58,154 bases of DNA from Fibrobacteria bacterium (GCA_037447435.1 JBBIGR010000033.1:1-58154), one strand, 5' to 3'; positions 20,448 to 30,289 are shown, numbered from the stretch's first letter. A program made the numbers and translations. Notes: a model not told the origin generated them from the sequence alone.

Positions 20448-22061
20448 ATGAAAGCTGCAAATCTCTCCATAAGCGAACTCATACAGTTTTCTCCCGGTTT
20501 TGTCGGACTTCAGGGCAGACGGCTACTTATTCACGATCTCTCGTCGCTTGGCCAATTCCGAAAGGATTTGATCGAGACCATCGGTGAAGATATGGCCCGG
20601 CGAATTCTTACCCGAAAAGGATTATTTTGGGGACAGGCGGATTGCGCGGGTATGCAAAGGCTGTTTACGTGGGACAGCAAAGAGGAATTGATCAAGGCCG
20701 TCGCGGAGCTCATTAAAATCATCGGGTTCGGCTATGCCGAAATAATCGAGATCTCACTTGAGGAATCATCGAACGCATTAACCATGCAATTGCGTTGTGC
20801 CGATTCGGCCGAAGTCGAACAACACCGTAATGAATTCGGTAAGGCTTTGGCACCGATCTGCTGGGTGATCGTCGGATATTTGAGCGGGTATGTTTCGTAT
20901 TGCCTTGGTAAAAACGTTTATTTTTCGGAAACCAAATGCCAGGGTGCCGAAGCGTCAAATTGCATTTTCATCGGAAAAGACATTGACACATGGGGAAACG
21001 AATTCGATACCCAATTGCCCTTTTTCCTCGCCGCCGACATACAGAAAAGGGTGCAACGGCTGTCTATGAGGATTCGCGAACAACAGCGGGCATTAAACGT
21101 GCATCGCAAACAATTGCAGGCTTCGCAAGTGCCGGCATTACTTTCCGGAGTGGAAACGAAAAGCAAGGCTTTTATGAACGTGCTGGCACTCTCGGACAGG
21201 GTCGCCTCCTTCGACACGACCATCCTCATTACCGGTGAAACCGGCACGGGCAAGGAATTGCTGGCCCGTCATATCCATGGAATATCGGCACGAAAACACC
21301 ATCCGTTTTTGGCAGTCAATTGCTCGGCCCTCCCCGAGTCCCTTCTTGAGAACGAACTTTTCGGCCACAAAGCGGGTTCCTTTACCGGCGCTCACAGCAG
21401 TGAAATAGGTCTTTTTGAAGCTGCGGAAAAGGGCACGATATTTCTTGATGAAATCGGAGATATTTCACTCTCCACACAGGCGAAACTTTTGCGCGTTTTA
21501 CAATCCAAGGAAATAAGACCCGTAGGCCAGATGAAGCCCCAGCACATAGACGTCAGGGTGATTTCGGCGACGAACCGCGATCTTGACAAATTGGTCAGCG
21601 AAGGATTGTTCCGGGAAGATTTGCTGTATCGCTTGCGGGTCCTGAACATTGTTGTTCCTCCATTGCGCGAACGGACCGAAGACATACTGCCGCTCGCACG
21701 GTTTTTCGTATCGAAGCTCGCAAAAAAATATGCCATTTTGAATCTACGGCTCGATCCGCAAACCGTCGATGTTCTCACCCGTTATTTTTGGCCGGGAAAT
21801 GTGCGACAGCTTGAGAATGCGCTTGAACATGCCGCGGTATTGTGCAACGACGGCGTATTAACCCCGGAAACGTTACCCGCGGCCATAAACGGCGCCGATG
21901 GCACCCCCATCAACGCCGTAAAAGTAATCCCCCTTGAGGAAATCGAAACGCAACACATACGGTCGATTCTAAAATTGACCGGTGGAAACAGAGCGGAAAC
22001 GGCCAAGGTGCTGGGAATTAGCGAATCGACATTATATCGCAGGCTGCGAATTTCGAAATAG
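20448..22061 (+). CDS. Sigma54-dependent activator, XylR/DmpR type (XylR_N + V4R + AAA+ + Fis HTH)
   Basis: V4R Cys residues (PIC..ETKC..C), GETGTGKE, GSFTGA, FLDEIG, WPGNVRQL and a C-terminal HTH. Confidence 0.92.
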   Translation: MKAANLSISELIQFSPGFVGLQGRRLLIHDLSSLGQFRKDLIETIGEDMARRILTRKGLFWGQADCAGMQRLFTWDSKEELIKAVAELIKIIGFGYAEIIEISLEESSNALTMQLRCADSAEVEQHRNEFGKALAPICWVIVGYLSGYVSYCLGKNVYFSETKCQGAEASNCIFIGKDIDTWGNEFDTQLPFFLAADIQKRVQRLSMRIREQQRALNVHRKQLQASQVPALLSGVETKSKAFMNVLALSDRVASFDTTILITGETGTGKELLARHIHGISARKHHPFLAVNCSALPESLLENELFGHKAGSFTGAHSSEIGLFEAAEKGTIFLDEIGDISLSTQAKLLRVLQSKEIRPVGQMKPQHIDVRVISATNRDLDKLVSEGLFREDLLYRLRVLNIVVPPLRERTEDILPLARFFVSKLAKKYAILNLRLDPQTVDVLTRYFWPGNVRQLENALEHAAVLCNDGVLTPETLPAAINGADGTPINAVKVIPLEEIETQHIRSILKLTGGNRAETAKVLGISESTLYRRLRISK

Positions 22062-22436
22062 CTATTCTTTTTCGACAGGGGTTTTCGGCAACGGGACTTT
22101 TTCGCCCCGTTCGTTAAGCGCGACAAACGTAACGTGTGTCGACAACACCAAATACTCGTTTTTCGACGTCTGATCGGCAGCGAAAACCTCGATATAATAG
22201 GTTACCGAGGTATTGCCCACTTTGTACGGTTGAATGCAAAACCTGAGAATAGAACCGTTACTCACCCGCTTGTTGAACTGGATATTGTCCATTGCGCGTG
22301 TGACAAGAATCGTTCCGGGATAATCCCTTGCCGCGGCAAGCCAAGCATATTCATCCATCCATTTCAACAATTGACCGCCGAAAAGGAAACCATGATGATT
22401 TAAATGTTCGGGCCGGACAAAACTAAATGTTTCCAT
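22062..22436 (-). CDS. Acyl-CoA thioesterase (hotdog fold)
   Basis: HLNHHGFLFGGQLLKWMDE and TFVAL motifs. Confidence 0.9.
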   Translation of the reverse strand: METFSFVRPEHLNHHGFLFGGQLLKWMDEYAWLAAARDYPGTILVTRAMDNIQFNKRVSNGSILRFCIQPYKVGNTSVTYYIEVFAADQTSKNEYLVLSTHVTFVALNERGEKVPLPKTPVEKE

Positions 22437-22521
22437 TATATTATACCTTGTTCGTTGCACCGCAACCGGATAGTTTTAATGAGGCGATTTTGCCAATAAA
22501 AAGACAATCTGTAATAACCCT

Positions 22522-23589
22522 ATGAAATTTACTATCTGCTCAATGACCCTCGATGAACTAAGCGCCGACCTTAAAAAGCATTACGGCAAAGGCGTTTTTC
22601 ATGCAACCGCATTGTACCGGGAGTATTTCCGAAAAGGAAATACTTTATTTGCAACCATGCCCGAGTTTGCCAATTCGCCCGGATTGTTGCAAAAGCTTGC
22701 AGAAGACATCGGCTTTCCGGTTTTTAAAATAAGCAGCAAACAGGAAAATGAGGTTGTTAAATTCGCCACAACGTTTTCCGATGAAGCAGCAATAGAATCC
22801 GTTATTATACCGGCAAAAAACCGCAATACGCTGTGCGTATCGAGCCAGGCGGGCTGTAAAATGAATTGCGCATTCTGCGCAACCGGCGCAAACGGGTTTG
22901 CGCGCAACCTTTCGGTAGAGGAAATCGTGGTACAGGTATGGGCCGCCATTTTTTCGTTTGGTAAACACATCGACAACGTCGTATTCATGGGAATGGGCGA
23001 ACCGCTTGACAATATCAAAAACGTTGTCCAGGCGATACGGGTGATGACCGATGTCCACGGACTCAATATTCCCCAGAAAAGCATCACGATTTCGACGGCG
23101 GGCAATGCGGACCGCATCCGCGACCTCGGCTTATACGGCATTCCTCATGTCAGGCTCGCAATTTCATTGAATGCCCCGAACAACACGCTCCGCGACAAGC
23201 TCATGCCGATTAACCGCCAATTTTCCCTTAAAACTTTGAAAGAAAGCCTGATCAACTTCCCGCTCGGTAAAAAAGGCGTTTTCCTTATCGAATACGTATT
23301 ACTCGCAGGAGTCAACGACAGCCGCGAAATGGCCGAAGAGCTCGCCGATTATCTCACCGGCCTTCCGGTACGCGTCAACCTCATCGCATTCAACGAATAT
23401 CCGTCTTGTAAATTCACAACGCCGAGCAATGCGGCTGTCAGGCAATTCGCATCGTGGCTTGTGGAACGGAAATTGTTCGTACGGGTACGCAATTCGTCCG
23501 GGGCGGGAATATCTGCGGCATGCGGACAACTTACTTCGGCAAGCCGTCTTCGATATGCCACAAATAATATTCACGAAGCATCGGATTGA
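22522..23589 (+). CDS. rlmN: RlmN-family radical SAM RNA methyltransferase
   Basis: CVSSQAGCKMNCAFC, FMGMGEP, ISLNA and AACGQL motifs. Confidence 0.88.
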   Translation: MKFTICSMTLDELSADLKKHYGKGVFHATALYREYFRKGNTLFATMPEFANSPGLLQKLAEDIGFPVFKISSKQENEVVKFATTFSDEAAIESVIIPAKNRNTLCVSSQAGCKMNCAFCATGANGFARNLSVEEIVVQVWAAIFSFGKHIDNVVFMGMGEPLDNIKNVVQAIRVMTDVHGLNIPQKSITISTAGNADRIRDLGLYGIPHVRLAISLNAPNNTLRDKLMPINRQFSLKTLKESLINFPLGKKGVFLIEYVLLAGVNDSREMAEELADYLTGLPVRVNLIAFNEYPSCKFTTPSNAAVRQFASWLVERKLFVRVRNSSGAGISAACGQLTSASRLRYATNNIHEASD

Positions 23590-24862
23590 TACCGGACGAA
23601 CAGAGGATATGAATGGTTTGTTCTCTTTCGTGCAGATAGCGACGCACTTCCATTTTCCGAAGACCTGTAAGCATTGTTCTTTTTTTCATATCGAGCTCGT
23701 ATTTTTGAGCCGCGGTTTCAAGAAACATCGGATAAAAAGAGAAACTCGGGTGTATTGATCCGCATTGAGGAATATGTTCGCCAGTAAGGACCGTATCGAT
23801 TGCCGCGCATTGCATTTTCACCAGATTCGCATATGTTTTCAAAATAAAATTACTCGTATCGAATCGGCTCATTTGCGGTACTGCCGATTCGACCAGGCGT
23901 TTCTGATAGACCATCTGTCGGTGAAACGAGAAGCCTTCGTCCAATTCCTGAAATACATAATACGGGTTGCCTGGAAAATTCGACTGCAGGGTTTTGAATA
24001 TTTCTTGCTTTTCGTCACTCTGACTCGGGATTTGGGGTGAAAGGAATTGAATGAGATATTCCTGCGCACCTTCTTTCGTGTACATCGCTTCCTTGGAACA
24101 AATGCGTAAATAGGCGAGTCCGGTATCGAGGTTGACATGCAGACCGCTGAACAGATGCATCGCAAGTTGAATGATACCCGGTTCATTGGCGAGAGCGCAT
24201 TGGGCTATGCCCAACCCGAGATACACGTCGGCCATGGAGGGGGCCAGCGCATGAGCGGTGTCGAGCAATTTGACCGACGATAATCCGCTGATCATCGCCG
24301 TCACCGGTTGCGTCCGAATTTTAAGCGTCGCATTGAATCCGTTGATACCCCCTTCCAAAAAAAGGCGGGTTGGCCGAGACACTTGCGAAAAATGCTGCGT
24401 ATGAAGAATTCGAAGGCATTCGGCGCGCAAAGGATCGAGCTCTTTGAGCATGGCCTCGCTTTGAGCCTTATTTTCGCATTCGTCGTTTAAGATTCGCCAG
24501 GTCCGCATGGCAAATCGCAGCAGGTAACTGAGCGGTACTGCTCCGCTGTCACGCTCTATTTTTTTCATAACGCAACACAGCGATTCGGCATCCTGCCAAT
24601 GGCATGCGAAGAAATCATGCATAGCCAGCACCGCGCATGCGTGTTGACTCTGAATAATCCCCGGATACAGCATGCCGTCATTTTTTTCGGCATGAGCAGG
24701 AAGGAACAAAACCATAAAATACAGAATAGCAGCCCCGATAACGCGGCTAAGCCCCGCGACGCTTCTTTTCACCCGACAGGATGCGGTAGAAAACGGTTTA
24801 ATTTTCCCCGGTACAATCGGGCGCCTGTGTTGCGTGCGCAGTAGATAAAATGCATTGGTCAT
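23531..24862 (-). CDS. Hypothetical helical/TPR-like exported protein
   Basis: Long ORF with a signal-like segment and TPR-like DVYLGLG. The start is uncertain. Confidence 0.7.
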   Translation of the reverse strand: MTNAFYLLRTQHRRPIVPGKIKPFSTASCRVKRSVAGLSRVIGAAILYFMVLFLPAHAEKNDGMLYPGIIQSQHACAVLAMHDFFACHWQDAESLCCVMKKIERDSGAVPLSYLLRFAMRTWRILNDECENKAQSEAMLKELDPLRAECLRILHTQHFSQVSRPTRLFLEGGINGFNATLKIRTQPVTAMISGLSSVKLLDTAHALAPSMADVYLGLGIAQCALANEPGIIQLAMHLFSGLHVNLDTGLAYLRICSKEAMYTKEGAQEYLIQFLSPQIPSQSDEKQEIFKTLQSNFPGNPYYVFQELDEGFSFHRQMVYQKRLVESAVPQMSRFDTSNFILKTYANLVKMQCAAIDTVLTGEHIPQCGSIHPSFSFYPMFLETAAQKYELDMKKRTMLTGLRKMEVRRYLHEREQTIHILCSSGINPMLREYYLWHIEDGLPK

Positions 24863-24992
24863 AGCTGCGAAAATGTTTTATGCCAAAGACTTTGCGGATA
24901 AAGCCATGATAAAGCTATATTTTGTTTTTATATTCTTCACTCCCTTTTCAGGGGCATTTACCTTTTGCTTAACTTTTAAAAGGAGTTTTGCC

Positions 24993-25181
24993 ATGGCAAA
25001 AAATTGCGACATGAAAGTTGAAAACAATATTCTGACCATCAAAGTCGACTTGACTCAGGATTTTGGAAAATCGGCATCGGGTAAAACGAATATTATAGCC
25101 ACCACCGAAGGAAATATAGCCGTGCCTGGGAATGAAGCAATCAAAATCGGCTTGAATGTGTATAAGAAACCTACTGCATAA
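24993..25181 (+). CDS. Small conserved hypothetical protein (62 aa)
   Basis: AAGGAG RBS; motif GKSASGKT..IATTEGN..IGLNVY. Confidence 0.8.
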   Translation: MAKNCDMKVENNILTIKVDLTQDFGKSASGKTNIIATTEGNIAVPGNEAIKIGLNVYKKPTA

Positions 25182-25210
25182 AAAGAATTGATTCTCACTA
25201 ATTTTATAGA

Positions 25211-25236
25211 GTAGAGACGTAGCAGCGCGTCTCTAC
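25211..25236. repeat. GTAG-type REP-like palindrome
   Basis: GTAGAGACG-N8-CGTCTCTAC. Confidence 0.6.
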
Positions 25237-25273
25237 AAAATTACTATTGTGCATAAACAGCAACCACTATGCC

Positions 25274-26281
25274 ATGAAAACATCACTTTTTCACCTTCTG
25301 CTGTTGCTTTTAGGAGCATGTGCAAACGGAAATCAATTGCACGAGCCGTTTGACACGGCCGCGATCAGACATTCAATAAAACCCTTATCATTTTCAAATA
25401 CCGAAAACTATTCCAAAGAAATTTTAGATTATTTCGACTATTACGGTTTAAATCACGCATCCGTTCCCCACTTTTTCGGAACATTTATTTCCGGATCATA
25501 CACCTGTGCGGCCCATATTTATAAACCGGAAAAAACATTCGGCACGGTATTTCTTGTCCACGGTTATTACGACCATACCGGCATAGTATCAAGTCTAATA
25601 TCGCTATTTCTTAAAGAGCATTATTCTGTCGCGGTTTTCGATTTACCGGGACACGGGTTTTCGAGCGGCCCGCGGGTTTCGATCGATTCATTCCCACAAT
25701 ACACCAAGGCGCTCCGAGATTTTTTTGCCCAAACAAAACGATATTTGCCAAAACCTTATATAGCATGCGGGCATAGCACCGGCTGTTCGGTGATATTGGA
25801 TTACTGTTTCAGAGAGAGAGCCGCAGAATTCCGCGATATCATCCTCATTGCACCTTTGATACGCTCCGAATATTGGCATATGTCGAAATTATCCTATTTC
25901 TTCGCAAGTCCCTTTACATCGACAATTCACAGATGGCTGCGCAATGCGACATCCGACACGGCGTACCTGGCCTGGTTTGCCCGCGACCCTCTTCAAGTCC
26001 ATACATTCCCTTTGGAATGGGGAAAGGCATTGTTTTCATGGGAGAAATGGATGCGGAAAGCGAAGCCGCGGCCATTGCCCGTGACCATTATCCAGGGCAT
26101 TGAAGACCATACCGTCGACTGGCGATACAATATCCCGTTTTTGGAAAAAAAGATCCCGGGATGCAGTGTTGTCTTTATCAATCATGGCGAGCATCAACTC
26201 ATGAATGAGGCTGAGCCGATGAAAAGCCAGACGTTGGAGAGCATCGGGAAGGTTTTAAGGAAAAACAACAATGCTTTTTAG
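25274..26281 (+). CDS. Lysophospholipase-like alpha/beta hydrolase lipoprotein
   Basis: Lipobox LGAC, VHGYYDH, DLPGHG, GHSTG, EHQLMNE. Confidence 0.88.
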   Translation: MKTSLFHLLLLLLGACANGNQLHEPFDTAAIRHSIKPLSFSNTENYSKEILDYFDYYGLNHASVPHFFGTFISGSYTCAAHIYKPEKTFGTVFLVHGYYDHTGIVSSLISLFLKEHYSVAVFDLPGHGFSSGPRVSIDSFPQYTKALRDFFAQTKRYLPKPYIACGHSTGCSVILDYCFRERAAEFRDIILIAPLIRSEYWHMSKLSYFFASPFTSTIHRWLRNATSDTAYLAWFARDPLQVHTFPLEWGKALFSWEKWMRKAKPRPLPVTIIQGIEDHTVDWRYNIPFLEKKIPGCSVVFINHGEHQLMNEAEPMKSQTLESIGKVLRKNNNAF

Positions 26282-26647
26282 ATATATAAACCCAAAGCGC
26301 AATGCTTTGCTATAATGCTAAAATGCTTATCGTTTGAAAACAATCGCAGTTTCCCTTGGATGGCATTTTGAGCAATGATAAAGTCGGGAATACCAATACC
26401 GTTTACGCCACTTGCCAAACAAATGGATGATTTCATCCCACTGTATGGAAAGCGTTTGCCGTTTAATTTCCCGAAGCAATGAGATGAGATGTTTTTCCTT
26501 GCGAACAAGAAGAGGCGGAACCAATTCTGCAAGTATCAAGTCGTTTACGACAATGAGATTTTCCTCAATGAGCAATTCGAGCGCATCCGCATTGCCCTTT
26601 CCACGAAAATAATCAACCCATATTGATGAATCGACCAAAACGCTCAT
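26278..26647 (-). pseudogene. vapC: VapC PIN-domain toxin, frameshifted
   Basis: The N-half (LVDSSIW...LAEL...WDEIIH) and C-half (CLASGVNGIGIPDFIIAQ...SNDKHF) lie in different frames, with the junction near 26420. Confidence 0.85.
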
Positions 26648-26838
26648 GAACGATTCCGAAGTTTATTCAGGTCGACAGTGATATCTACTTGCCCTCGAAA
26701 TTTTTTTAACCCCTGAATCCTGTTTTTCCTGACAAATTCTTCAAGAGCATTTACAATCATCGCCGTTTTCGTTTTTTGATGAGACAATTTCATAGCATCC
26801 TGAACAAGCAATTCAGGAAGATCCAGTGTCGTTCTCAT
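26644..26838 (-). CDS. vapB: VapB-type RHH antitoxin
   Basis: MRTTLDLPE...TKTAMI..ALEE, GGAGG RBS, ATGA overlap with vapC. Confidence 0.88.
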   Translation of the reverse strand: MRTTLDLPELLVQDAMKLSHQKTKTAMIVNALEEFVRKNRIQGLKKFRGQVDITVDLNKLRNRS

Positions 26839-26847
26839 AACACCTCC

Positions 26848-26877
26848 ATATGCATAATATATACTTTTTATGCATAT
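26848..26877. promoter_or_regulatory. vapBC operator palindrome
   Basis: ATATGCATAA-N10-TTATGCATAT directly upstream of the vapB RBS. Confidence 0.6.
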
Positions 26878-26987
26878 ATTATACATCATTTTTCTGAATA
26901 AATTCATATAAATAATCGATGAACTATTTAGAGAATCTCACCGCGAGTTCACGATGCGGCCCTAGGCCAAACGTCCTCCCCTCGCCG

Positions 26988-27233
26988 CTATTTAGTTCCT
27001 GACCAGGCCGGCAGCTTGGACATCATTTCCCGTGCCGATTCCCGCGCAACCTGCTGGACCAGACCTTGCGTGCGAATGATAAACGAAGTCAGGGATTTCA
27101 ATTTTTCCTCGTAATTCTGCATGCTGCCGTCGGGCCGAGCGCAATACCGGCAATAGTTTTTCGACGTATCCTGTTTTGCAAAGTCTTCGCTTTTTTCCAT
27201 TGGCATTCCGCATGCAATGCATTGTGTCGCCAT
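26988..27233 (-). CDS. Zinc-ribbon domain protein
   Basis: CIACGMPM...YCRYC...LPAW. Confidence 0.85.
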   Translation of the reverse strand: MATQCIACGMPMEKSEDFAKQDTSKNYCRYCARPDGSMQNYEEKLKSLTSFIIRTQGLVQQVARESAREMMSKLPAWSGTK

Positions 27234-27234
27234 T

Positions 27235-27834
27235 TTAGGCCTCCCGTGTTTTAATGGTGATAAGTTTCATGAAATGATCGAGCAATTTCCCGCCGTGTTT
27301 TTCCATGACGGAACCCGACACGACGAACAGTTGCTTATTTGTCAAATAATAATGTAAAAGCGCCATCCAGGTATTGAAAAGCAAATCGTCGGCAATGGCC
27401 ATTATTTTTCCTTTTTTTATTTCTTTGTGCGCAGCCTTGCCGATATGGTGAGAAACTGCGGATTGTATGGCAATTGTTTGTACGATGGCCTCCCGGGGTA
27501 AAACAGTATTGTCCCGAAGCAACTGCGTATAGAACGATTCGTTTTCCTTAATAATATCCACATGCGCCCGGAGCACTGTTTTCAGGGAATGGTTCGCTTC
27601 TTCCAAAACATGCACGCGCGCGGCAATTTTTTCACCGAACCGCATTATAACGGCAATAATCAAGTCGCTTCGGGTTGGAAAATGAACGAAAATGCATCCA
27701 TGCGAAACTTCCGCCTCCACCGAAATATCATGCGTATTCACTGTCGCAAATCCATTTGCGGCAAACAACCGGTGCGCGGCGAGCAGAATCTTTTCCCTTG
27801 TTTGTTCCTTTTGAAGAGAGCGCTTATTCATCAA
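27235..27834 (-). CDS. TetR/AcrR family regulator
   Basis: TREKILLAAHRLFAANGF...EVSHGCIFVHF HTH. Confidence 0.9.
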   Translation of the reverse strand: MMNKRSLQKEQTREKILLAAHRLFAANGFATVNTHDISVEAEVSHGCIFVHFPTRSDLIIAVIMRFGEKIAARVHVLEEANHSLKTVLRAHVDIIKENESFYTQLLRDNTVLPREAIVQTIAIQSAVSHHIGKAAHKEIKKGKIMAIADDLLFNTWMALLHYYLTNKQLFVVSGSVMEKHGGKLLDHFMKLITIKTREA

Positions 27835-27846
27835 AAACCTTTTTTA

Positions 27847-27875
27847 TGAGTTATTACTCAATGAGCATATACTCA
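27847..27875. promoter_or_regulatory. Tandem TetR operator
   Basis: Two adjacent TGAG-N6-CTCA palindromes just upstream of tetR. Confidence 0.7.
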
Positions 27876-28020
27876 ATATACAAAAAAAAGGGAAAAATGT
27901 CAATAAAAAATAATCACCCCGAAAAGATTTAAACAGACGCAGTATTGTTTTAAACAAATAAATAGTTGCAAATGTGCGACTCTGCGCCGCAAAATTCATT
28001 CAAATTCCCCAGTTTTTATA

Positions 28021-28036
28021 CGGCATAGCGATTGCA
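28021..28036 (+). promoter_or_regulatory. Sigma54 promoter for the radical SAM gene at 28102
   Basis: CGGCAT-AGCGA-TTGCA fits GG-N10-GC. Confidence 0.65.
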
Positions 28037-28101
28037 TTATTCCTAAGTCGGAAAAACACGACGAACTGCAATACACTTTTTAGAAAGGCGATGGTAGCGA
28101 T

Positions 28102-29166
28102 ATGGTTGAAAATTATAGAAAAGAAATAAACAAAATATTGGGTGACATGATAAAAAAAGCATTTTGGATTTCAATGACAAATCCCGGTTTTGCCTTTACA
28201 ATGTTGCGATTTGCGAAACACTTCGGAACGGCCAACAAAATCAGGGAATCTTACGAAAATCAAGGGATAATGGTACCGCCTTTCATCATTATGAGCATTA
28301 CGCATCAATGCAACTTGTACTGCACCGGATGTTATGCAAAGGAACTTCACCCGCCAAAGGGTGAAGAATTAAATAAAATCGAATGGGAACGCATATTGGA
28401 AGAAGCAGAAGCATTAGGCGTATCTTTTGTGGTGGTTTTAGGAGGTGAACCGTTTTGCAGAAAGGATTTTTTCGACATTACGGGAAAATTTCCAAACCTT
28501 ATATTCATGGTATTTACAAATGGAACATTGCTCGACGAAGAAAAAGTGATGTTGATAAAAAACAGGAAAAATATAGTGCCCATGCTCAGTGTAGAGGGAA
28601 AAGAGCTTGATACCGATGCCAGGCGCGGGTCGGGAGTATTTATGAAATGCAATAAAGCCGCATCACTTTTTAAAAAGCACGGCGTTTTTTACGGGGCATC
28701 AATAACTGCTTGTAAGACGAATTACGATGCTTCCACAGACCCGCAATTTATCGAAGAACTATACGCTATGAAATGCAAAGTTTTTTTCTATATAGAATAT
28801 TTACCGGCGCAATGCGGGACGGAATCGTTGGCTCTCGATAAAACTCAAAAACAAGCATTGAAACAATTCGTTGGAACGATGCGGAAAAAGCACAACGCAA
28901 TATTTTTCGACTTTCCCGGTGATGAATACGATCTCGGCATTTGCCTTTCGGCCGGAAGAGGGTTTGTGCATATCAGTGCAGAGGGAGATGTTGAACCGTG
29001 TCCTTTTTCCCCTTTTTCCGATTGCAATCTTAGGGACAAATCATTTTTAGCAAGCTTGAAGTCGAACCTTTTCGACAAAATCCGAAAAATGCCAAAAGAC
29101 CGCTGCAATACCAAAGGGAATTGCGCCCTTTTTGAGAACCGAACATGGGTTGCGGCTCAAGTATGA
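28102..29166 (+). CDS. Radical SAM protein with a Twitch/SPASM-like C-terminus
   Basis: CNLYCTGC, GGEP, FTNG, CLSAG...GDVEPCPF. Confidence 0.9.
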   Translation: MVENYRKEINKILGDMIKKAFWISMTNPGFAFTMLRFAKHFGTANKIRESYENQGIMVPPFIIMSITHQCNLYCTGCYAKELHPPKGEELNKIEWERILEEAEALGVSFVVVLGGEPFCRKDFFDITGKFPNLIFMVFTNGTLLDEEKVMLIKNRKNIVPMLSVEGKELDTDARRGSGVFMKCNKAASLFKKHGVFYGASITACKTNYDASTDPQFIEELYAMKCKVFFYIEYLPAQCGTESLALDKTQKQALKQFVGTMRKKHNAIFFDFPGDEYDLGICLSAGRGFVHISAEGDVEPCPFSPFSDCNLRDKSFLASLKSNLFDKIRKMPKDRCNTKGNCALFENRTWVAAQV

Positions 29167-29248
29167 GAGTTTCTTGCCGGTAAAAGGATCGCAGGCAAAA
29201 GGGTTTCCTTTGAAAATTTTCATTCGCACCGTAGGAGGACGGAGCACA

Positions 29249-30289
29249 TTATTGCTTATTGTGCAAAAACCCGTTCGGATAATGGTTTTCCATAAATTCC
29301 GAAAGGTCCTCATTGTTGCTTTTTAATAAATCGGGATTTGCTTTCAGGGCTTTTGGAAAATTGGTGAGCAGTAATTTTTCCGGTTCCCCGGAATACAGAA
29401 CCCTGATTTTTGTCACGGCATTGATGGGGTTGCCCATGCCGTCAAATACCGTTATCGCAAAAAAATGGCCCCATATCGATACGACAGCAAGGATAACGAG
29501 GACGCTTAAATTCAAACGGGAATAGGGCTTGCGAAAGGAACGATACAAAACGGCAAATGCGACGGGAACAAATCCGAGCAGAAACACAAGCAGCGACCGT
29601 CCCGGTCTGGAAGAATCGATTATGCCGAAGGGAATCACGGGATTGACAATAGGCGGTATCGGCCTGAGAACCAAGGTGCTTGTTGACGGATCGCTACTGG
29701 AGACGGCATTTGGCGACAGCAGCTTGGGCCCGGTTTTTGTAAATGACCGGGCATCGGTAAGAAAAACAACGACGGAACCGACTGAGAAAATACAGAAAAA
29801 CACCAATGTCCATTTTGCAAAGAACCGCATATCGAACGAATAGCGGCTTTTCACAGCCCGAAATACGAGTGCTGCAAGCAAAAGCATGTACATGATAAAA
29901 GCCGCTCTCACACACCATTTTCGTAACGCAATCTTGAAATATTCCTGCAGACGATACCCGACAGGAGTGGAATTTTTCAATGCCGGGTCCGTTTTTGCAG
30001 CTTTTTTATACCAAAAATGCCATTGTTCCGCCTGGCGCACATGGTCGATGTCGTAATAAGTGTCGCCGATCCGTTTGTAAAGGACTGCGCGCATTGTTGC
30101 ATTTGGAAATTTTTTATTTACCCGTTCGCAGGTTTTTGCATATGCAAGCAAATCGCTTGCGCCGGAGCCGGGATTTGCTTCAAGGCATTTAGAAACCGCG
30201 CTATCGCCGTTTTCGATCGATGCCGGTGCTGCAATCGAATTTGATGTGAGGATTGCCGCCGCAAAGACGAGTGAAAAAAGCGATTTCAT
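29249..30289 (-). CDS. Hypothetical membrane protein (signal peptide, TPR-like domain, about 4 TM helices)
   Basis: 346-aa ORF; its ATG overlaps the stop of the small upstream ORF (ATGA). Confidence 0.75.
   Translation of the reverse strand: MKSLFSLVFAAAILTSNSIAAPASIENGDSAVSKCLEANPGSGASDLLAYAKTCERVNKKFPNATMRAVLYKRIGDTYYDIDHVRQAEQWHFWYKKAAKTDPALKNSTPVGYRLQEYFKIALRKWCVRAAFIMYMLLLAALVFRAVKSRYSFDMRFFAKWTLVFFCIFSVGSVVVFLTDARSFTKTGPKLLSPNAVSSSDPSTSTLVLRPIPPIVNPVIPFGIIDSSRPGRSLLVFLLGFVPVAFAVLYRSFRKPYSRLNLSVLVILAVVSIWGHFFAITVFDGMGNPINAVTKIRVLYSGEPEKLLLTNFPKALKANPDLLKSNNEDLSEFMENHYPNGFLHNKQ

Noticed and set aside
21370..21395. GSFTGA instead of GAFTGA as a sign of a sigma54-independent activator
   Set aside because: This is a common variant that keeps the critical F and T, and a sigma54 promoter is adjacent.
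22522..23589. Cfr-type resistance methyltransferase
   Set aside because: The motifs fit generic RlmN and there is no mobile context. A phylogeny would be needed to claim more.
23531..23589. 59-bp convergent gene overlap
   Set aside because: An ordinary 3' tail overlap with no evident function.
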